This document shows positions 52,581-64,000 of a DNA stretch of 64,000 nt, in pieces. Origin of the DNA: Cycas panzhihuaensis (Eukaryota > Plantae > Cycadophyta); NCBI GenBank assembly GCA_023213395.1, contig CM041465.1, positions 206,529,741-206,593,740 on the forward strand, written 5' to 3'. A program made the position numbers and the translations under genes. The notes below the pieces were generated by a model. That model made no database searches, was not told where the DNA came from, and was given only the letters and a program-made list of their open reading frames with translations. Every line of letters starts with the position of its first letter. Within the stretch, counting starts at the first letter, position 1.

Positions 52581-55500
52581 CTATTTTCATATGAAGTAAA
52601 CCTAAGTTTTGAACCTCTATTTCCATACTATATGAAAAGTTGCTCTATATTATAAATATATTTGTAGTACCATAAATTATCATGTAGTACCATATAACAT
52701 TATTTGTAGTACCATAGATAAAATTGTGGTACCCTGTAAACCTACCTAAAGCTACTTAAAAGATCATTAAAATTTCTATTTTGGACCAAGGGTTTGGTCC
52801 ATCAAGACTAGGGCACCCTAATACCTTGGTCTGGACTCATATAAGATCCCAACAGGATCCTATTTGGCCCTTATCCTCTAAAGTGGGCACCACCCACCTA
52901 TTTAATCCTATGCTTGTAAAAACATGAAATCAGACTAGTGTAGGGTAAGATCCCTTACTAGGTTAGCACACTAAGGCCATTGCATTGATGTGGTCTTAAT
53001 ATATCCATCCACATGACAACCTGATGGTCTGATTTCCCTTGATAAGCTCTCAAACCTAGGGAAAATGTAAAGATGATAAAGGTAAATCTTTAGGTTTTCT
53101 ATGGGTGACAGAGAAAATGAATTTGAATCATTTAACCAATCTATTATTTTAACCTTCCCCTTAATGGGATCTCTTAGGAGTTTCTGCTTTATCCTTTTTT
53201 ATCATACCATTGGTTTGGAGGTTGTGGCACCATCTCAGTCTCCTTAAGGGCACTACCCTTTATCAGTGTCTAGGCCCTTGTTTGTTGCTATTTTGATGTA
53301 TGGTGGTTATGCTCCTCTTTCTCTCTCCTGGTGAGCCTTTTTTCCCCTAGAGTCCCTATCCAAATCCTTATTGGTATTTATACTTATTAGAATCATTTTG
53401 ATCTCTTATTTTCAAATTCAATGCTTTCATCAATTATATCTCTATTGGTTTGCCTTTTAGCCTCCTCCTTTACCTCCAAGCCTTGGTTGCTAATGAGGCT
53501 AAACTATGGTGACCACACCTCTTTCTATTTATTAATTTTTTTTCCTCCCCAAGTATTCTTTGGGCAACCCCCTTGCCTATTTGAGGAACCTTGGTGCTTT
53601 CGAGCCCCTCCTCTTAGGCCATGTTGCCTTTTTTGTGGCTTGCTACTAAGGCAACTTCTTGGTCATTTACCCCCCTTTTTAGCTTACCACTAAGGCAACC
53701 CCTTGGTTAGTTACTTTCTTGTTGGTTGGTTGCTTCCTTGTTTGTACTTGCTTTGGGTGTATGATTGTTAGTTGAGGTTTTGATATAGCCAATGACCCAT
53801 TTTCCTTCCCCTTACCTTATACACCTTTGATCATCTGCTAACGAGACATTACTATGGAAGACATCACCTCTCATCGCATATACATATCTATTTATTTATA
53901 TTTTACCTCACATCATTTTTATTGATAGCATTGACCATCTTCTAGCTTTGGAGCGAAGAGGTTCTGCTACCAAGGGGGTAGTGTTTCTTGACTTCTAGGA
54001 ATGGTGTTGATATGATAACACAGGTAAGTATAAGTACACATCTTTATCTTTATTTCCTTTCACATTTGTTATGCTATTTTATTTTATATGATGCATTGAT
54101 TGATTCTTAGACTTATGCTCACTTGACTTTCTTGACTTACGTGTGCCTTCTTTCATGTTGATGATGATTAGGATTTTGGTCCAATGGCCTTAAAGCCCCC
54201 GATGTCAGCCCATCGGTTGGAAATGGAACCTCTTTACATCCTTACAACTCTTTTTTTTGGACATGTTCTTATTCATTTGGTCCTGTTTCCTCCCCACCAC
54301 CATTGGTCGGTCCTCATTTTAGGTCTTATGATTGACTTTTAGGAGTTAGAATGGGCTGCCTTTTCAAGTCTATTACTACACCACTACCTTTTTTTGTGTA
54401 GAAAATGATACCATAGAGCAATTTATGGTACTATATATTTATTTGTGGTATGACTGTTATAGCTCTCGATCGCGTCCCCAATGGCCAAACAACATTTTTA
54501 TCACCTTATTTGGTGGGTTTAGGGTGCCACATCAGCCTAGTCTAGCTTGCCATACCCTAGATAACCTCATTAGACCTCTAATATTATTTTTTTATTCAAG
54601 TTTTCTTAAGATTTGAATCTCCCTCAGCTCCATCCATGGTTTTAGGTAGTGGTTTCCCCACCTTATGGGCATGAAACCACCATGCCCTCACCTTATTTTC
54701 TCCTATAAAATCCCTCAAGTTTGAGGGTGGGACATCATAGATCTTCCATTCTTTTTACAGTACTGAAATACTACCAAAATTCTATCTCAACAACTCTTCT
54801 ACTCTTGATATAACTTGTATGCTTTGGAGCTAAGGTAGTGGCATTGGAGATCATCCCTATGACAAATAGGGAGACCTTAGAGAATTTATCATTGGGCAGC
54901 CATCATTACTTGTCTCTCCATTAGTTTGGATATACCACTTCTAACTTTAGTTTGCAATTTGTGAGACTCCTCTCATCCTTTCCCTTCATGCTTATTTTTC
55001 TTGTCAAGTTGTATAGCTAGGGTTATTTGGATTTGGTAGCTTTTCCTCTTGTTTTAATAGTAGGAGGTAGGGTTTGAGTTTACATAATCTTTCTTTCCCT
55101 TTTGCCTACATATTTGCTAAGTTATAGGGCCTTGTTAGAGAGGTTTCTCCTAGTACAACTAGGGAAACCATTGCATAGGGCAGGTTGTGCCATTTAGAAC
55201 CACCTTTCCCTCTCTTTATTTCATATTTGTTATCATTGCCATCTCACTATTTAATATGTATATATATGCATGCTCCATGTCTATATTATTTTCATGCAAT
55301 TAGATTTTTTTGTAAGATTGTTAGGGTAGCCCTTTCTCTATCTAACTTGCAGATATATAAAGGAGCAAACCTCTATCTTTTACATTAGGATTTGGAGCTA
55401 GGGTGGACCCTCAACAAGGTGAGCACCCCTATCTTTGTACTCGTTATTGCTTTATTCTTCTACTTCCTTCTTTCATTACTTTCCATTTGTTGTCTTTCCA

Positions 55501-56390
55501 TTTGGGGTGGGTAAGTGGAGCCCCATTATTCCACTTCAACTAGAAATGCTAGCATTTAAAGAGAGGATGGGAAGAGGTGAGGAAGAGCAGCATCACTAAC
55601 CATCAACTAAATTTGGATGCATCTCCTTCCTTCTTCTAATCATTGTTTCATATCTTTGTTGGTATCTATACTCTACTCCCCATTATAGGAATTCCTCCCC
55701 CCTTATTGTTTGTTCCTTTTTAGTTGCATTATCATAAAAAAGGGAAAATAAGAATGTAGAGGAGGGTTTCTTGCATGGTAGATAACAAAGGGAAATCAAT
55801 TTATAAGAAAGGAAACTAGTTTCCTTTCCCTTTTGTTTTAGTAGAAAGCAAGGGTTTCTTGGGTTAGGATTTAATGTAGGAAAGGATCTCTTACCTTTTC
55901 CCCTCTTGTCCCCCCTTAATGGCATCCTTGTTTCTTTCTTTTCATTAGCATGTATATTTTCTTTTTTTACACAAAAAGAAAGAGGGAGATTGTTAAAAGA
56001 AAGGAGAGTGTGGTTTCTTTACTTATTTTGTACCCCTCTTTTGGTTTCCTTTTTTGTTCTTGTACCAAGCAACATAATAACAAAACCCAACCATACCCCT
56101 TTTATCTTACAAAGTGGACTTATACCTATTTATCTCTTCACCCTTCTCTCTCTCTCTCTCTCTTTCTCTCTCTCCCCCTTTTTACCTATAGCATTAGCCC
56201 CTTATGAAGGGAGTTTACCCAATTGTGGCATCTTTCTCCAGAACCATAGGTAAAGGGAAAGGGACTATGCCCATGCATTCCCAAATCTGCATCCTCAAGG
56301 TGCATGAGCACCCTATATAGGCTACCCAGGACTCCTTTGCACCCCATACTAGGTCCCATATTTTAGGCCTATCTCTTTACAATATTCATT

Positions 56391-59300
56391 TGAAAAAGGT
56401 TAATGTATTAAGGTTATTTGTGTAGTTTAATTATGTGACCTTAGGATATATTATTAGCATTAGTCTCTTAATGAAATGTACTTTATCTGCATTTAGATGT
56501 AATTTTAGGTTCATGTCATTAGGCAGGAAAATCCTAACCCTAATGCTCACCTTCAATAATAAAAGGTTAAATCTCAAAGAGGGAGTCATTATTCATTCTC
56601 ACCTTCAAGCTTGCTCTCATATCTTGTTTTATCTTCTTTTTCATTCTCCATTGCCATTGTGTGCATGTGAGTGATTTATCTCCTAGATCCATCCTTCCTT
56701 CATGTAGTATAGGAGCTAGAAGGGGATCTATTCATTCCGTTCCACTTGCATGGAGTCATTTTACCTCTCCTTCACCTTCAATGTGAAGTATTGAGAGTGC
56801 ATTCATTATTTTTTAATATTTTGAGAGTTTAAAATTATAGTATTTTGTATGTTGCTGATTTATTCATGTGTATAGAAATTTAGAGGTGAAGAATATAGGT
56901 TTTTGAAGCCGTTCACCATCTAACGATCCGGAAGCATTAAAGGCCCAAATTTTCATAAAAATTTGACCATCTCAAAATTTAATGAAATTTGGCATGTAAG
57001 GTCACCTTGACTAGAGGATAATTTTTATCTTCTATAGAAACTTTAGATTCATCCTGAAACAATGAGTTTTGTCTGTGACAGAAGGGTAAATTTTGTGGAT
57101 AAGTGATTTAAAGCACTTTTCCTAATGAATTCCTTTAATTATAAGCTAGAGATCTGAAAGTTTTATTAAGGGATCTGGTAGATTTATGTCTTAAGATAAA
57201 TCTCATCAAATTTCATCCACTTGTTAGTGAGATCTATGCAGTTTTCTCACGGTTGCTGATTTTACCTACTCAACCCCACAAAGGACCTTGCAAGGGCATT
57301 TCAGGTAATATTTTGGCATATTTTATAGATGGTACATAAGGGAAAGTTAATGTAAATGTCAAAATGTAACTTTTGATATATTGAAGTTTAGATTATGAGA
57401 TAGTTGATATGGCATGGTTTTATTTTGGTGCTTTTTTAGGTAGAAAATTTTTTGTGCCTTTTCTGAAATCTGACTTCATAAATCTATCGGAAACGACATT
57501 ATGAACACTTTTTCCTTCTGTCATAAATTTAGATTTCATCATTTAGGCCTTCATATTTGTAATTTTTAAAAATTTGCCCATTTATCATTATTTGTAAATT
57601 TTATGAAAATATCACAAAATAAGGCAAAATAACATGGATATAGATTTAGAAAAATTATTATTTTAGCAGCAAGTTGATCCACTTTTTAGCCCATTGTGGC
57701 TTTTGTATCAAAACTTCCAAAATCATATTTGGAAACATTGTACTAAAGCAAGGGAAACCTTGGATCAGAAGCAACATCTGGTTCCCCTGCTAAATCTAGT
57801 ATGCTTTTCTATTTGCACAAACAAGACACCTCAATAGAGAGCAAGACAGTCAGGCCAAACCAATACTTCTTCAAGGACTGGTAATCAAACTATTATATAT
57901 GATCGGTGTAATCGTAAAGGACACTTAGTAAAAGATTGCAGAACTGCCACTTATAAGTTGGCCAAGTTCCAACCAAAACATGGAGCTCATAATGTTGAAG
58001 AAACTTGTGAAGAATCCTTTAGTGGTGCAGATTTTATATAAGTACACACTTAAAGAATTAAGGGATCTTCAACATCAAATGCCATTGACTAACCAAAGAG
58101 ATTCTTTGAAGCTCGGTGTGGATATATCACTTGTGAATTCCCTTCACCAATGCCAAGCCCTATTAGAATTGCCAATAGTGTGGTTTCAATCGATGGACAA
58201 TGGATCATGGACACATGAGCAACTCAACATATGATATGCAATCGCAGTCTATATCAAACATGTGACTCAAATATTCATAGAGTTGTTCACATGGCTGATA
58301 AATCACAATAACCTATTGAAGGAATTGGCAACATTCGCTTGAAACTCCTAGGCTTAGAAGATTTTACATTGCTTGATGTCTTATACATACCCAATCTCAA
58401 ACAAAACCTACTCTCTTTATCCACACTTGTTTCTCATGGATTTGATTTGAGTGTAACCATAAATGACCAAAGTCTTAAGGTCATTCACCTTCCAACTAAT
58501 AAGGTGGTTTTGATTGGACATCTCTCTGGCAAACTCTTTCGACTAAATGGCTCTCCATCTTCTGAAGTCCATTGTGTCCAAAGCCCTTGTGCCAATGAAG
58601 AATTTACATTTAATTCCATCTTGACCCATCCAACGTTGGCACCAGAAGCTCTTTGGTATGCTCGTATGGGCCATGTTCACATTGATAGACTTAAAGATCT
58701 TTTTAACACTCTTCCAAACCTTCTAAAGTTTTCCTCTAAGCCCTTTAAATGTGAAGCTTGTATCATTGCCAAATCTCATCGACAACCCTTTAATAAAAGT
58801 TAGTGGAAATCGAGCCATCCATTACAATTGGTACACTCTGATTTGTGCGAGCTAATGCCCATTCCTTCACTCAAGGGCAAGCTATATTACATCTCTTTCA
58901 TTGGTGATTTCACTAGAAAAATATGGGTAGCTTTTCTACACAAGAAAGATGAAGCATTTTGTATATTCAAGGAATTCAAAGCCCTCATTAAAAAAGAGTC
59001 AGGTTACCAACTCAAATGTTTTCAAACTAATAATGGTGGATAATATACCTCACATGAGTTTGAAAACTACCTTCGAGACAATGGCATTAAGCATCAAACA
59101 ACAGTAGCAGGTACCCCATAACAAAATGGAGTTGCCTAGCGTATGAATATGACAATTATGAATATGGCCCATGCTATGTCAATATATAAAAATGTACCTG
59201 CCTATTTATGGGCTAAAGAAATCTGGACAGTTGTTTATTGTATCAATGCTATTAGCCCATCAAAGGAAGCACAATCACCTAATGAAAAGTGGTCAGGATA

Positions 59301-62282
59301 AGCCCCTATTGTTCACTACTTTAAAATTTTTGGCTCTACATGCTATGCCTATATTCTGGATGCATATTGAAATAAACTCCAGCCAAGGGCACTTAAAGGC
59401 ATCTTTGTTGGATACCCTATGGATAAGAAAGGGTATAAGGTCTTTATACCTTCACAACAAAAAATCATCATTACTAGAGATGTCATTTTTACGGAGATAG
59501 AGGATCAGTTACTTAAATTAGACTTTATAGTACCCTCACGTCACTATAATAATGTTATCAAGTATGATGTTCAGATTCCAAAATTTAGGGTGGGGGACAG
59601 ACACAAATTACTCCAAATATTGGAAGCTAACAATAGAGCCTTGGAAGATATAAGTTATGACTCTAAACCAATGAGTGCATATCCAACACCATCTTTTGAA
59701 TATAACAGAGTTGACAAAGGTAAAGCCATTATAGAAGAACCATCCTCTCCAACTTCAATTGACAAAGGAAAAACGGTAGTAGAAGGACCATCTTTCTTAG
59801 GTACATCAACATCCTCCTCACAAAATAATCATTTTAATGAACATGATGAGAACCAAGAAGTTAGGGAAATGAGGGCATTATTCCCAACTCGAGGATCTCG
59901 AGAAGCCCGCCAGCTCAATAAGGACATACGACCAGATGAGGTGGGCAAAACTAGCACTCAAAGTGCCCATAAAGCAAGGATGCAGGAATCATTATATACT
60001 AAACTTGAACCAGCAGAATTGCACCTTACTCTTAATTAAGATCCCTTAACGTACCAAGAAGTTGTAAAGTATATAGCTTGGAGAAATGCCATGAATGAAG
60101 AGTACCAATCTCTTATCAAGAATGGTATATAGGAGCTCGTTGATCTACCACTTAGCAGAAAGGTAGTTCAAAATAAATGGGTGTTTAAAAACAAATATAG
60201 ATCAGATGACACCCTTAAAAAACACAAGGTGAGGTTGGTAGCTAAAGGATTTACACAAAGGGAAGGCATCAACTACACTGAAGTCTTTACACCTACAACC
60301 AAGTGGCCTACAATTAGAACTCTTGTGGCCTTGGCTACTCAACAGGGTTGGAAAATCCACCAACTCGATACTAAGACCGCGTTTCTCAATGGAGATCTTG
60401 AAGAAGGGATTTACATGGCTCAGCCAGAAGGATATGAGATCAAAAGTCAAGAGCATAAGGTTTGTAGGCTCAGAAAGTCCTTGTATGGCTTTAAACAAGC
60501 CCCTCGCGCTTGGTTTGCCAAGTTATCTGAAAGGATGAGGTAACTTGGATACGAGGTTTGTGACTATCAAGATATTAATGCAACATTGTTCATCAAGCGC
60601 CATAAGGATAAAGTCACTTATCTCATAATCTTTGTGGATGACATGCTAGTAATGGGTAATAGTGAGCAATGCAATAAGCCGGTGAAAAGGACCTTGGTAA
60701 AAGGTTCGAATTGTCTGACCTTGGTTTGATGAAATATTACTTAGGAATTGAAGTAGTATAAAAGAATGGTAAATTTTTCCTCTCCCAAAAAAAAAACATC
60801 AATGATCTTCTAACCAAGTTTTAGTTAGAAGATGCTCGACTAGTGATGTTACCTATGGATCCTAACACCAAACTCTTAGCTGAAGGTGATACTAGGGAGG
60901 CAAACGCAACACTCTACAGAAAACTTATGGGTAGTCTCATCTACACTACCAATACAAGACCAGATATTATACACTCTATTGACATTATTGCTCGTTACAT
61001 GACAAATCCTTCGTAAAATCATTGGTAGGTAGCAATGCGAGTGTTGAGATACCTTAAGACGACTAGCAAATATGGTCTATTGTATGAACCTAATTTAGAC
61101 TTCAAGCTTTTTACATACACAGACTCAGACTTTACAGGAGATAAAGATACAGGAAGATCTACGTCTAGGTATGTAACATTTCTTAGAACAACACCAATAT
61201 CACGGAGATCTAGATGGCAGAAGATAGTTGCATATTCAACTATCGAAGTTGAATACATTACTATTTCTCAGACTAGTAAAGAGGTGATATGGCTGAGAAA
61301 ATTATTGGAAACATTGAATATCACCCAAACAAGTCCTACGAGTCTTCATGTGGATAATCAATCAGCAATCTGCATGGTAAAAAATCCTGTATTTCACGAT
61401 CATACCAAACACATAAGTACGAAAGTCTATGAGATTAGGGAACTTGTTCATGACGGCATAATTTAATTAGATTACTGCCCCACAGCAGATCAAGTGGCCG
61501 ATATCTTCACCAAACCGCTGCAAAGGGTGAAGTTTAAATAGTTCCGAAGGCAGCTCGACCTGAGGGCCTCCATCTTCGATTGATCAAAGAAGATGACAAC
61601 ATGATCATCATACTCTATTCTCTTCGTGAAAATCCCTTATGGGCATAGAAGAATAAGAGTAAGTCTTTACTCTATCCTCTTTATGAAAACCCCATGTGGG
61701 CACGGAAGGATAAGGGTTGTACTTGTTTTGGAAAATCAGAACCTATGAAAACCCAAAAGGGCATAGGGGATAACCAAATAATATATGGAGACTTGATAGA
61801 TTAAGCTGCACATTTAAGCTACTTGGCTATCAGGCTACATCAAAGAGCTACCTTAGCCATTTTGATTTATAAAAGGGGCTATAGATCTTAGAAAGTTCAT
61901 AGGTTTTATTCCCCATGAGGGTTTTCCCACAAAAGTGTCATTTAGAATTTCAATGTAATAATAAGGCTAAAATGAAAACCTCATAGAATAGATTTTCTGA
62001 AAATGACCTTCCACCATTAAGGGGGGATTGAAAGAGATTAATATATCAAGGTCATTTGTGTAATTTAATTATGTGACCTTAGGATATATTATTAGTCATT
62101 AGGCAGGAAAATCCTAACCCTAATGCTCACCCTTAATAATAAAAAGTGAAATCTCAAGGAGGGAGTCATTATTCATTCTCACCTCCAAGCTTGGTCTCAT
62201 ATCTTGTTTCATCTTCTTTTTCATTCTCCATTGCCATTGTATGCATGTGAGTGATTTATCTCCTAGATCTATCCTTCCTTCA
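56391..62282 (+). mobile_element. Ty1/copia element E (same family as D), gag largely deleted; LTRs 56391-56702 (312 bp) and 62029-62282 (254 bp)
   Basis: Perfect TSD TCATT; degenerate PBS 56705-56716; PPT AAGGGGGGA before 62029. Zn knuckle ~57900, protease WIMDT, integrase, RT (KVRLVAKGFTQREG, QLDTKTAFLNG, FVDDML), RNaseH (TDSDF, HTKHI). About 16/254 LTR mismatches. Confidence 0.96.
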
Positions 62283-64000
62283 TCATTATCTTAGGTACCC
62301 TCGGAAGGAGTGATCTCTCTAGCGACCATATTAGGGAACACTAGTTAGAATGCTTTAGGTTTCCTTTAACTTTCATATGCACCTTTTCGCTTGCATAGGG
62401 TCTATTAGGGTGTCTTTCTTTAGATATCTTATTTATTACTTCTTTTCCTTCTTTGATCTCTTTACTTCCTTATGTAGAATGGTTGAGTCGTGGATGTGAT
62501 GTTTCTCATGTTACTTGTATGGTTTACCTCTCGTTGAAGTAGACCCCCTTTATTCTCGCATCCCCTCATCCAACTAAGAGTTATCAATGGAAGGATATCT
62601 ATCTAATTGGGCTAATGACCAATATGCTTCAAATTGGCCTCCTCTCAATAGTATCTCACTCAAATTAATAGAGATCCTATGTATTAATATACTGAATTAG
62701 TTAAAGGTTCTCAAGACCCACAACTACTCACTATGTATGCCATAGGGAGTTTCCAATTAAGTGACCTTGTCCCATACTTTGAAGAGATCCCCCCATCTTA
62801 TCCGTCACATTCTAGTCATCAAGGAGAAGTTTTAACCTCCTACAACCATTCTTATACTTCTCATGGGGACGTGGTCAATGCCCTATGGGAATGCTTCAAA
62901 GTTGCAACTATATAACCACATCCCAAGTGGTTACAAAGGTTCCTTTGAACTTTAGCTCCCCTATCTTTTGTCATCCCCCCTCCTTCATCCCTTCTGTCTA
63001 CTTCCTCAACCCTCTAGGAAGTAGTTTTAGTGGAGAATATTTTCACATGTGTCTTTCCTGGCCAACCAATCACTTAGGTATGCAAACCTCTCAAGCAGGG
63101 GTAAGCATGCTTTCACTTCCAACTAATATACCCCAACCTATTACTATACCAACCCCTTCTTTTCCTTTAACTGTGCCCTTTCCCCTACACCATGTGAAAC
63201 ATGGGGGCATGGCTTTTATTCGTCCATGGCCACAAACCATGGATTCTTCACTCTACATTCCTTTAGGGTATACATCTCAACCTTAGGGGTATAGGGGATT
63301 AAATCCCCTTCTTATATATAGAGTTGATCTTGTTTATTCCTAAGGGGTTGCCCTTCCCTTCTGGGTCCAGATGGGCAAAATCCCATTCCCCATGCTCTAT
63401 TTAGTCAACCTTGTTCTATGCCTTATATGGGTTCTTCTTCATACATCTACCCATCCACTCCTGTGAGAGCATGTCCTCAACCCTCACATTCTTATGTGGC
63501 TCATCCCTAAGGTGCAGTGAGATCCCCTTACCCACCTCCTTATCTGACGACTCCCTATTTGGGGGTTGAATATTCTTGTCCATCAAGAGGAATAGCCTAC
63601 CCTCCTACCTCCTATACCCCTTAACAATAAGGGCATCATCCTTATGATGCCATCCTATACTCACCACATGTTGGGGGTGGGCATCCCTATACTACATCCC
63701 CTTATTCCTAGGTTGACCCATTAATCCAACTAGGGACCTGTCCCTTTGTCGATTATCGATCAATCCCATTATCCACCGATGTGTTAAGAACCAACCTACT
63801 GCCTCATCCTCCTAAGATGCCCAAGTTTGATGGCACCTCCTCCCATGACCCAACTGAGCATATCATGGAATTCGTCATGGTATGCATAGACTATTAGGCA
63901 TATGACCATATTATAATGAAACTTTTTCCTAGATCTCTGCAGGGAGATGCTCTTAAATGGTTCTATCATCCCCCTATTCACTCCATCTCAACCTTTCAAT
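62283..64000 (+). mobile_element. Tat/Ogre-like host element, unit 2: LTR end plus leader and gag start, running out of the window
   Basis: Colinear with 45719-47450 at roughly 85-87% identity by eye, including MPKFDGTSSHDP and LFPRSLQGDALKWFYH. Confidence 0.88.

Larger units (their letters stand above)
31287..56390 (+). mobile_element. Tat/Ogre-like Ty3/gypsy host element, unit 1: long LTR (~31287-33366 + 45677-~45730), Pro-rich region, gag, protease, aRH, antisense PMD gene, PPT-like 53972-53981, second LTR from ~53982
   Basis: 31365-33366 aligns with 54405-56348, differing mostly by transitions. Gag PEVPKFDG..DP..H..F (47262); protease IIDNGFSVN...NLLLGQPW (48831-49061); aRH 49835-50250. 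The LTR 5' boundaries are approximate. Confidence 0.8.

Overview
AT-rich plant nuclear DNA from a large, heavily methylated genome. A gymnosperm origin is my inference from the TE types and the CG/CHG decay. The window holds one clear host gene: a 7-exon, 443-aa membrane-anchored UDP-glucuronate decarboxylase (UDP-xylose synthase, UXS) on the minus strand at 17167-19742. Its first coding intron is a U12-type AT-AC intron, and it has a CpG-rich promoter. Almost everything else is nested, decayed LTR retrotransposons. Positions 1-9.9 kb are a three-tier copia nest plus a gypsy LTR. Positions 23.5-31.3 kb are a chromovirus-like gypsy, a probable solo LTR and a long-leader copia. Positions 31.3-64 kb are a Tat/Ogre-like gypsy arranged LTR-internal-LTR-internal; it encodes gag, protease and an additional RNase H (aRH) with no visible RT or integrase, plus an antisense plant-mobile-domain gene. 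Each of its two LTRs was hit independently, about 42 bp apart in homologous coordinates, by members of one copia family. One of these copias carries an in-frame 2.5-kb gag-C/PR/IN duplication and a younger gag-only element whose 3' end has reiterated LTR-end/PBS units. No rRNA, tRNA or CRISPR array was seen. Mismatch counts are manual and approximate.
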